Part shown: positions 33,656-43,289 of the stretch, piece by piece
Position numbering within the stretch: position 1 is the first letter of the stretch
Layout of the letters: every line of letters begins with the position of its first letter
Assembly: GCF_009914755.1 (NCBI RefSeq)
Contig: NC_060929.1
DNA from: the human T2T-CHM13v2.0 reference genome, Homo sapiens
Direction: 5' to 3' (one strand)
Length of the DNA: 64,000 nucleotides
The notes under the pieces: model-generated
What the model saw: only the letters and a program-made list of their open reading frames with translations
What the model was told of the DNA's origin: nothing
Database searches by the model: none
Program-made: the position numbers and the translations under genes

Positions 33656-36317
33656 GAGGTTGGTCGTTGTGTAGACGATGGTGAAGGAATCAGTGCTGAC
33701 TAGACCAGGGACTCCTGTGGGGCCGCACCAACTTCTGGGGAACAAATCAGAGCTCTTGTTCCTTTCCAGCTTTCCAAACCCTCCTAAGCCATCCAGGCCC
33801 ACATGAAATCTACCTCCTTCAGGAAGCCACCCTGACTACTCTAGTCCACATTGATCTCACCATATCTGAGCTCTTTCTGTCCATTACCTGTATAGACTAC
33901 TCTAGCACCTAAATCGGCTCTAATAACTCTTCAGCTTCTCAAAGCAGCCAATGGCTCCTGGAAGTCAGACACCTCTAGCCCTTCCCTCTCCACAGCCCAA
34001 GCCAGGGCTAGGTACACAGTAGATGATCCCTTAGCAAGCCTTCAGACTGATTTCAGTGTGGCTGTGGATGCCTGTGACTCAGCCCTTCTCTCCCTCACGC
34101 CTCCTCACAGTCCCACTCTCCCTACTCACCCACCCTCTCCTCTGGTTCCAGCCAGCAGGGTGGGGAGTTGGAGCTATGACCCCATAGGACAGTTGTTCCC
34201 AGACTATAAAATGTCCAAAGAAACTTGAGGGTGGGGGAGTTAACAGATGGGGAAAAAATGTTCCTTATGTTCTTTCACCAAATAAAGACATGAAAAAAAA
34301 CACTTGTCCCACCACCATTTTAGTAAAGAAAGGATGTTTTCACACCAATAAAGCAGTAAGGGCATAATCCTTGATTAAAGGCTAATACGAAGCTGGAAAG
34401 TTTTAACCTTATTGAGAAAACAAAACAAAACAAAAAGAACCTCACTGTTGTTGTGACTTTTCTCCTTTCTCCAAGGACTGGAGAACACTTCAGCCTCCAC
34501 TGATCTGTGTCGGTGGAACTCATGGGTCTGGGGACAGCTATTCTGGAGGACGTTCCTGCTGAACCAGGGTTCCCTACAAACACATGAGGACCCCTAAAGC
34601 CATTGGGTTGGGCAGATCCGGATTCCCTTTCAGCTGTCCCAGAGGAGGCTCACCCTATGCCAGACCCTACCTATAACCTCAGGAGTTGAGGTGGCGGAGG
34701 CTCTGAACTCCCGTCCCTGTACCTCTCCCCTCCGGGCAGGGCCGAGCCCCCCCTTCCCCGCCAATCCGGAGCAGATGAGGCGAGACTGAGCGGCAAGCCC
34801 ACCCTGGGAAGAGGCTGGGGAGACCTAATGGGCAGGGTCCCCCTCATCTCCATCACCAAGCTGAGCACTCGTGCCCATGCCACCCCCCAGCCCCAGCCTG
34901 GGGAAAGGAGGAAAAGTGGGCACCCTAGCCCGGAGGTGGCGGGGGAGGGGGGTGTGGGGGCTGGTGTCCGAGACACCCGGCTGGGCGGGCACAGATAGGA
35001 TCTGAACACAGGGAAGCATGGCCTAGCTCTTTGATCCACAGCCAGCCACGCTGGGCCTGGACCCGGAGGGAGGCACGGCTGTCTTCCGGCCCGGCTTTGC
35101 ACCGCTGCCAGGGGTCCTGTGGGGCCCTCAGAGGGAGAGGCGTCCAATACCCGGCCCTCCCCCAAATACCCTCTATCCCAACTGCTCTCAGAAGAGGCGT
35201 GAGCGTCTACAGTGAACCCAGCACAGAAACCTGCTAGGGGAGCTGCTGTTGACTGCATCGCGATCCAAAGGACCGGCGTCTTTTGTAGATGCAGGGGCTG
35301 AGCCAGGCCAAGCGCGCCGTGGAGGCCCGCGTGGACGCAGACCCGGGTGCCATACAGATGCGCTGGAATCCAGGCACTTTCCCGCGCTCCGCAAATCTAG
35401 ATGTTTCAGCCTGGATCGAGCGAGGGTTAGAGGGTTAGTCAGGCCAGGGTCAACTTCAGAGTCATGGGCTCCCTAAATGCGACTTCTAGGGTTGAGTTGC
35501 TGTGGACGAGCGACCCATGTCGGAATCCCGCGCCCACGTGGCTGCCCAAAGTTCCGAGTCTCCGGGCTGCAGGTTCTAGTCACGGAACCGAGTTGGGAGA
35601 GTCATAGGGGCTGGGACTTGGAGGATCGGCTGAGGTCCGGTGCTCTTGGCTGTGTTCGCGGCTCGGAGCCGTCGCCTGACTGAGGGGCCCGTCACAGATG
35701 TGTGATGTATAAGCTCTGCACGCAACAGGAGCTCAATAAATGTGCGAAGGGGGGTATACTTATGATCGCACTGTATGCAGGCGGCCTAGAAGGAAGTCCC
35801 TGATTGGCACAGGGATGGAGGATGGGGCAAGAGCCGCAACAGCGCCGCGGAGTTCCAACGCTGCCGGTTCCCTGGGGTACGAGCACAGCCTCAAGCAGCC
35901 TCAAGCCCTAGGAAGCCCCCAGTTCAAAGCACAGGGCGCATTGGAGCCTGGGCACGATACAGTTCACACCACGGCTGCGATGGTAAGCCACGCCCAAGTC
36001 CCAAGGGCCTAGGGGACCCCCGCCCTCCACAGCCGGAGGAGAAACCTGGGCGCAGAAAGCAGGGGGAATATCTGGTTGTAGGTGAGTAAGCGGGGTCAGG
36101 AGTTCCCGTTAGAGTCTCTGCGTTTCGGGAGAAGGGTGATCATTCCCAGGCTTGTCCGACGTCTCTCTCAGGGTGCGCTCCGGAAGAGCGAGCCCTTTAA
36201 GGCTATGCCGAGTGGGCGCGTCCCGGCCTCTCCCGGGAGAGGAGAGGCGGGGCGGACCTGTGTCCCGCCCCCGGCCCGGCCCGCCCCCAGTGCCCGCCCC
36301 GCCCCCGGCACTCGGCC

Positions 36318-36334
36318 GGCGGCGCCTTTGATGT
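36318..36334 (+). promoter_or_regulatory. TCF/LEF Wnt-response element with adjacent GC-rich helper-like site
   Basis: CCTTTGATGT at 36325-36334 matches the TCF/LEF HMG consensus; GGCGGC (GCCGCC on - strand) at 36318-36323. Confidence 0.65.
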
Positions 36335-36535
36335 TCCGACCCGCCAGCTCGCGGAGCCGCTCTGCCCCGCGCCCTAGCCCGCGCCTGCAGCCCGCCCAGG
36401 CGGAGTCAGCCCGCGCTCCGCCCGCCGCGATCCGGGCTCGGAGGTTCGGACTCCGGGCTCGCCGCCCCCCGGGCCGGCTCCGCGCCCCGCACTCCCGGCG
36501 CCCAGCGCCCCGCGCCCCGGCGGGCGGAGCGCACC

Positions 36536-36784
36536 ATGCCGCAGCTGGACTCCGGCGGGGGCGGCGCGGGCGGCGGCGACGACCTCGGCGCGCCGGACGA
36601 GCTGCTGGCCTTCCAGGATGAAGGCGAGGAGCAGGACGACAAGAGCCGCGACAGCGCCGCCGGTCCCGAGCGCGACCTGGCCGAGCTCAAGTCGTCGCTC
36701 GTGAACGAGTCCGAGGGCGCGGCCGGCGGCGCAGGGATCCCGGGGGTCCCGGGGGCCGGCGCCGGGGCCCGCGGCGAGGCCGAG
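36536..36784 (+). CDS. TCF7: TCF7 coding exon 1 (N-terminal beta-catenin-binding domain)
   Basis: gcaccATG start; translates [33 protein letters not shown]...[14 protein letters not shown]...GEAE, the TCF/LEF beta-catenin-binding motif; ends at GAG|gtgagc donor; 249 nt, phase 0. Confidence 0.98.
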
Positions 36785-36949
36785 GTGAGCCCCCGCCGGC
36801 GCCGGCTCCTCCCCCGCGGTCGCCGCGCCGCGCCGCCCCAGTTGCGCGCGGCCCTCGGGGTCTCCAGCGCGCAGAGCGTCCCTGCCCCGGCGTCGGCCCC
36901 GACCCCCGCGGTCCCACCGCCCCTCACTCCCCTCCGGTTCTCCCTCCAG

Positions 36950-37016
36950 GCTCTCGGGCGGGAACACGCTGCGCAGAGACTCTTCCCGGACAAACTTCCA
37001 GAGCCCCTGGAGGACG
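36950..37016 (+). CDS. TCF7: TCF7 coding exon 2
   Basis: Acceptor ttctccctccag|GCT; [22 protein letters not shown](G); donor ACG|gtgagt; 67 nt, ends phase 1. Confidence 0.95.
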
Positions 37017-37185
37017 GTGAGTTTCTGCCCGGCCCGGCTTCCCTTCGTCGCGCTCAGGCCCTGGCCTCGGTGGGACGGGGACGCCAAGGACCGCGGGGAG
37101 CCGGGTGCCTCCCCCACCGCAGCTCAGGAGGCGGCAGAACCCAGGGGTGGAGAGTGGGGGGCGGGCTTCCCGGGCGCCGCCGGGT

Positions 37186-37303
37186 CGAGTCACTTCCGGT
37201 GCCCTGACCTTTATAGGAGTAAACAGACCCCCGCCATCCCCGCCTCCCCTCCTGCCCAGGTGACTGACTAATCCGCCGCCTTCAGGAGACAGAATTGGCC
37301 AAG
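37186..37303 (+). promoter_or_regulatory. TCF7: Intron-2 alternative promoter and candidate non-coding first exon for short TCF7 isoforms
   Basis: ETS site CACTTCCGGT 37191-37200, TATA-like TTTATAG 37210-37216, forkhead GTAAACA 37219-37225, candidate donor AAG|gtttct at 37303/37304; the short-isoform ATG is at 37567 in exon 3. Confidence 0.65.
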
Positions 37304-37537
37304 GTTTCTTGGTTGGAGGGCGGGGGGTGGGAGGTCAAGTAGGGGCCACCTCGGGGAGGCCTGCCCTCCAGGTCCTTCCCCTAAAACTTGGCACTGCCGA
37401 TACTCCCAGCCCGTTCCTTCCCAAGTCAGGAACTTGCAGGGGACCCCTTGGCAATTCTTTTTCTCTCAAGAGCAGACAGCCTTCAGTCCCAGCCGCTGCC
37501 AGGGCTGGTGTGTCTGACCCAGCTGTGGTTTTTCCAG

Positions 37538-37662
37538 GCCTGAAGGCCCCGGAGTGCACCAGCGGCATGTACAAAGAGACCGTCTACTCCGCCTTCAATC
37601 TGCTCATGCATTACCCACCCCCCTCGGGAGCAGGGCAGCACCCCCAGCCGCAGCCCCCGCTG
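37538..37662 (+). CDS. TCF7: TCF7 coding exon 3; contains internal ATG (37567) of the short isoforms lacking the beta-catenin domain
   Basis: Acceptor tttttccag|GC; (G)LKAPECTSGMYKETVYSAFNLLMHYPPPSGAGQHPQPQPPL; donor CTG|gtaagt; 125 nt restores phase 0. Confidence 0.96.
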
Positions 37663-40387
37663 GTAAGTGGACCCCGCAGCCAGTGCCGCCCTGTGCTTGC
37701 AGCCTCCTTGACCAGGTAGGTGAGGCACCGGCAAGAGACTTCTGCCTGGAACAAAATAGACGAGACTCCTGTGCTGGTCTTTTCTCCCATACACACCCGG
37801 TGGGATCTGAACCAAAAGGAGAACTTTGCTGAAGGAAGGAGGGGCCGCCCTGGGGCACCCCCCTGCCCTCTGCCTCTTGGCTTTTGTCTTCCCAGCTTGC
37901 TCATAAGCAGGTGCAGGCTCTGTCCTGGTGCTGGGTGATGCCAGGGTGGGGTCTTCTTAGAGAACTTTTGAGCCGAGACCACCCTTGCTCCTCGCTGCTC
38001 TGATCTGAGCTCAGAGCTTTGCAATTAACTTTCTAACTAGCCCAGGAAACCCTGAGCCTCCTTGGCGCTTGGAGGAATGGGCAGGAAAGCTGATCTGTTC
38101 AGGTCCCCTGGTTGTGCAGGAGAAACGTGCTGTGTTCGGTCGGCTGTGTCCTGACGGGCGTGAGTGTACCGTTGCCAAAGAAGGACCCTGAACACCATGT
38201 GTGGAAAGTGGGTTCTTAGGAAACTGGCTTGGTCTCAGACATACCAGGAAGGGTTGGCAAAGGTGCTACAAATCAGTGATGTTGAGAAGGGACCAGTTTA
38301 ATTAATTCGTGAATTAAATATTTTTAAGTCCCAGTGCTTTGAAAAGATTTCATGATCTTTACAAACCATGCCCATTGGTACAGATGACCTAAAGTGTGAA
38401 GAGCCTATTCTGAGTGTTTTGGAGCAGTACAGTTGCGCTTTTAAAGAAATTCCTATTCGTGTTTCACACTCTTCTCAGTTGGTCCAAGTTGGGGTGAAGG
38501 TACGTGGAAGGTTTGGAGGACTGTGGTAAGTGAGTGTTGGGTGTGAATGTAAGCCCAGTGCAGGTGGGGCTGGCAGGCTGGAGGCTCGCATGGCTACAGT
38601 GGGGTCACCAGAGGGAGGAGAGTTAAGTGCTAGGCTATTTCAGACCAGGAGTGAAGAGGGTGGTTCTGAGAGCTGCTGCATGCCAAGCCAGTGGGAATGA
38701 GAAGACATATAGGCTTCTTTCCAGAAGCCTAGGCTGGAAAGCCTATTCTATGGCTAGCTCTAGAAATGAGCTCCTTGCCCTTTGGGCCCTTATCTGTAAA
38801 ATGAGTATGTTTTTCGAGTAGTCTCTGTATCCGACTTTCTGCTCTGGGGTGGCTTGGTATATGAGGTGGTTCACTTCCTTCCAAGTCTGTGAGATGGGGG
38901 GTGTGCCCCCCAGCATTCCCCCGCTGATGTAGTGACTACATCCAGAGAACTCACCCTGTGTGAGCCCATGCTTAACAAAGATGCGTTTTGGATCCCTACA
39001 AGATGTAAATAAACCCTTAGATTTGGGACTAGGTTGACATAACCCACCAGTGCCAAACTTCCAACAGGTGTGCCACTTGCATAGGGGCTGGGGTCACCGT
39101 GGAACCATGATTAGACAAAAGGCCTAGGCCCAAGGCTCTACTCCAGCCTCCCGGGGCTCCACAGCAGCACAGGGAAAAGGCTTCCTTTCGGAGGTCATCT
39201 CATGGTGTGGGCAAGTGCTGGGAGAGTATCTGGAGCAGGGAGGGCTTCGTTCTGCTGTCAGGGTATGGGTGATGGGACCATTTGGTGTCCTTTGGGCCAC
39301 ATGGGTCAAGAGTAGGCTCTAACAGGACAGTGGAGGAGGCACACCACCACTGGCCTGGGTCATTTATTTTTCACCTTTCAGTCTTTCTCAAGCTACAGCA
39401 GATACATTTCTATGTATCGCACCTGCTCCTATAGGTACAAATCCCCTTGCCCTCCTCCCCGCGCAGCCACAGTCTCCACTGTCTGGCTTCTGGCCACACA
39501 GGAGGAGGAAAAGGACGGGCTGTGACACTGGCTCTCTGTGCCCTGGCCTCAGCTGCTCTGTGGGGCTGCAGAAAAGGACAGAGGCAGAGGTGTAAGTTGG
39601 AGTGACACTCAGTGAGGAAGCTGTATGTGAATGTAGGAGAACCTCTTTTAAGCAAACCTGCCAGTTATAAACACATAGCAAGTCAGAGCATTTGCTTGCA
39701 TTACCTGAAGACGTGTGGGCATTGAAAATGTGGTTGGGTTTTACCAAGCAAAGTGAATCCACCCCCACATTTTAGAAGCATATTTATTATTGGATTCAAG
39801 GTTCATGTGTCTGGAACCAGGAATGATCTTCTTTTCTTGGGTCAGGAGCCCCTTGCAAGGGCCCTGAGGAAAAACTGCCTTTGGAAGATTTTTCCAAAGC
39901 TGGTCACTTTCCCAAGCCCATCTTTAAAGGACAGACAGCTTGCTGCTCAGGCCCTGCCACAGGCCTTAGATCCAGGCCCCCTTGCCCTTTGCCCGGCCCT
40001 CTCTGAGGGCACCTATGTGGTCAACACTTATGCTGAGAGGCTTGAGGCCAGTCATTGCACCTCCCTCAAGAGCAGGGAAAGCCTATACCAGGGACCTGCT
40101 CTGCCCATGTGTGGGTAGGATGCCCATGTGGCTACTGTGTTAGAGACCTCAAAACAGGCCAGCTCGAACCTTGCCCGGAGCAATAGGCTGAATGACCACC
40201 CCACAGCCAACTGCCACGGGACACATTTTTTTTTTTCTTCCAAAAAGGTTCCTTCTTTTTGGTAGTTGGCTTCTTTTAAGCTTGTTTGAGGAAGAAAAAA
40301 TTAGGTCAAAGTTTATTCCATGAACACTGTCAGGCACCTGATTGATGTAGGCTTGCAGGCAGTTACTGGCCTAGACCAGTAACCAGG

Positions 40388-40622
40388 GTTTTTTTGTTTT
40401 GTTTTGTGTTTGTGTTTGTGTTTTTTTAGAGACAAGTTCTCACTCTGTTGCCCAGGCTGGAGTGCAGTGGTGTGATCTTGGCTCACTGCAGCCTCAAACT
40501 CCTGGGCTCAAGCCATCCTCCCACCTCAGCCTTCTGAGTAGCTGGGACTACAGGTATGCACTACAATGCCCGGCTAAGTTTGTTTTTGTTTCTGTAGCAA
40601 TGGGTCTCACTGTGTTGCCTGG
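40388..40622 (-). mobile_element. AluJ-like, partial
   Basis: gagacaagttctcactctgttgcccaggctggagtgcagtgg...gctcaagccatcctcccacc. Confidence 0.85.
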
Positions 40623-40892
40623 ACTTTGGTTTGGTTTTCTCTGCTCTGCTCTGAGACCTGAAAGTAGGTGGAGGTGGTGAGTGGGGAGATAGTGAGCTGA
40701 TCTTAGGCTGTACTTTGGGGGGATTCTGGGATGGGTAAGGCATCATTCCTTAGGCAAACTCAGGCTCAAACTCAGTGTAGTCAGTCTTGTCATATCCAAA
40801 ATTGATATGAGGCTGCATTGAGCTGTGGCTTCTTCTATGAGCTCTACTTGGAGTCTGTAGCTTAGACAGATGCCGAGCCTTTTGCCATTTTG

Positions 40893-41146
40893 ATGAAATA
40901 TCCAGAATAGACACATCCATAGAGACAGAAAGAGGATTAGTGCTTGCCAGGGGCTGACGGAAGAGGGGCCCAGGGAGCGACTGCTAATGGGTATGGAGAT
41001 ACTTTCTGGGGTGATGAATAGGTTCTGGAATTAGATCGTGGTGGCAGCTGCACAATCTTATGAATATACTAAAAGCCACTGAATTACATACCCTTTAAAA
41101 CAGTGTATTTTATGATATGTGAATTACATCTCAAATTAAATAAAAA
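40893..41146 (+). mobile_element. L1MB-like 3' end
   Basis: gaaatatccagaatagacacatccatagagacagaaag...gccactgaatt...tgtgaattacatctcaa followed by an A-rich end. Confidence 0.85.
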
Positions 41147-41899
41147 GGCTGAGGCCTTTGGCTGTTGCAGACTTGGGGCCATGTGTCCCTGTCCCTGATC
41201 TCCACAGTTGTCCAGGTGCCTGGGGATGCCCCAAGCCAGGGGGTCAGGCATCAGGTGTCAGGTCCAGCAGAAGGAGCCTCACTGAGGCAGTGGACTCATG
41301 TTGGGGCTCCCGGCAGGTCCAGAGCGTGCCTGGGGGAGCAGGAGGTGAGGGTATGAGCAAGGCTCCAGCAGAGGAAGGAAGTGCTGCTGATGCACGGCCA
41401 GCCTGTCCGAGGAGCTTTGCAGAGATGCATAGGTGCAGGAGCACCCACCGGCCTCCACACGCCCCAGAGCGAGCTGTGGGCCTTGCTGGGAAGCGTCAGT
41501 TATTGGTGTTGAGCACCAGCCCTGGTTGCAGTGAAGCCTGTTAGGAGGGAATTTGGCACCAAGCTTGGTACCAGGTACTGGGCCCCCAGACTGGAACCAG
41601 GCTCTACCCCGGGAGTGCCCAGCTGAGCCGAGGAGACAGATAGAGACCTGAAGCAGAGCTGGCGAGAGGAGCGCTGTCACTGAGGTGTCCCGGGCAGAGC
41701 CGGCCCCAGCCCTGGCTGTGAAGGGGGGCCCACTGAGGAGCACTCTGAAGGCCACAGGGTGTCCAACAGATGAAGACAGAGGAGGGACTGGCAGGCCCCA
41801 GGCTTCCCTCTGAACACATCCCAAACCTCCCCACTACTCTGCAGTCAGCACCCAAAGCCCCAGTCATCGCCATCTCTCACCCAGACAGCAGCAACAGCA

Positions 41900-42330
41900 T
41901 CCAGGGGACCCCTCCCTCACCCCTAACCCCCATCCTAAATCACAGTCCAGGCTTCACGTAGCAGCCACAGGGGGCCTTTAAAAACAGAGTCAGATCACAT
42001 CTCTCACCTGATGAGACCCCGCATCAGCTTCCCATTGCTCTTGCAGTGAAGTCGAAGCCACTCATCACAGCCGAGTGCCTGGGTGGCCCCCGCCAGCCGC
42101 CCCTCATCACCTGCACCAGCCTCTTGCTGTCTCCCTGACAGCAGTCCCCTCCCTGTCCTAGGGGGTCTTACAGCCAGCAACTTCTTTCCACCCCAGGACT
42201 CTTGCACTGCTTCCCTCCGCTCGGAAGTCTCTTCCCCAGCCCTGCACATAGCCGCCACCTTCTCGTTCCTCACTCAGGGCTCAATTCAGATGTCTCTGCC
42301 TCAGGGAGCCTCCTCTGACCATTCCCAGTA
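41900..42330 (+). mobile_element. L2 fragment
   Basis: aaaacagagtcagatcac...cagcttcccattgctctt...ctcaattcagatgtc...cctcctctgacc. Confidence 0.6.
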
Positions 42331-42890
42331 GGACCCTCCTCATCCCTTGGCTCCAGCTGCCTTGCCAGCCCTGGCAACTCTTCGGGCTCAAACGGTTGGC
42401 ACTGCTTTACAATGCACTCACCATGCTTAACCCTAAGAAAGGCCGGCTGTTCGTTTCCTCCTCTGCACAATGGGAGTGGTGAGCCCTCCTCCCAGATTTG
42501 GAGTGAGGACCAGCAGCAGTGCCAGGGAGGGGCCCAGGGAGGTGCCAGTGCGGCCTGGCCAGGGGGAGTCAGCCATGACTGAACCCTTGTCCCTTGCTGG
42601 CCTGGCTCCCCTGGGGCCAGTGGTTGCTCAGTTGTGGGCCCCACGTGGACTTGGGCACGGAGGGGTCTGGAGGTCTGAACCCTGGGACTGGGGACTCAGG
42701 TGTACAGGCCGCCTACTTACTGCCCTGCCTGACCCAGGATTCTTAGGAGGGGAAAGTGCTATCCCTGGGGCCAGGCAGGGAGCCACAGCCACTCACTGCA
42801 TTCTCAGAATTCTATCCTACCACCCCAAAGATTGACCTGAAAGAGACTCCCCTTCCTCAGTCATGTAGAAGTCCTTTACATGAGATGTTA

Positions 42891-43289
<399 letters not shown>

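Larger units (their letters stand above)
35250..37280. promoter_or_regulatory. TCF7: CpG island / main TCF7 promoter
   Basis: Very high GC and CpG density spanning exons 1-2; stacked GC boxes (GGGGCGG, CCCGCCCC) at about 36245-36310; boundaries estimated by eye. Confidence 0.9.

Noticed and set aside
36078-36088. Perfect donor TAG|GTGAGT upstream of exon 1, suggesting an extra first exon
   Set aside because: No supporting acceptor or exon boundary is visible; a 9-mer match alone is too weak
36374-37117. 247-aa and 195-aa antisense ORFs over TCF7 exons 1-2
   Set aside because: GC-rich shadow frames with low-complexity Gly/Ala/Arg content and no recognisable domain
36536-37207. 223-aa single-exon ORF taken as the TCF7 product
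   Set aside because: It reads through intron 1 and into intron 2; canonical splice sites define the real exons
38302-38317. Palindrome TTAATTC-GT-GAATTAA
   Set aside because: A 7-bp AT-rich stem is expected by chance in 64 kb
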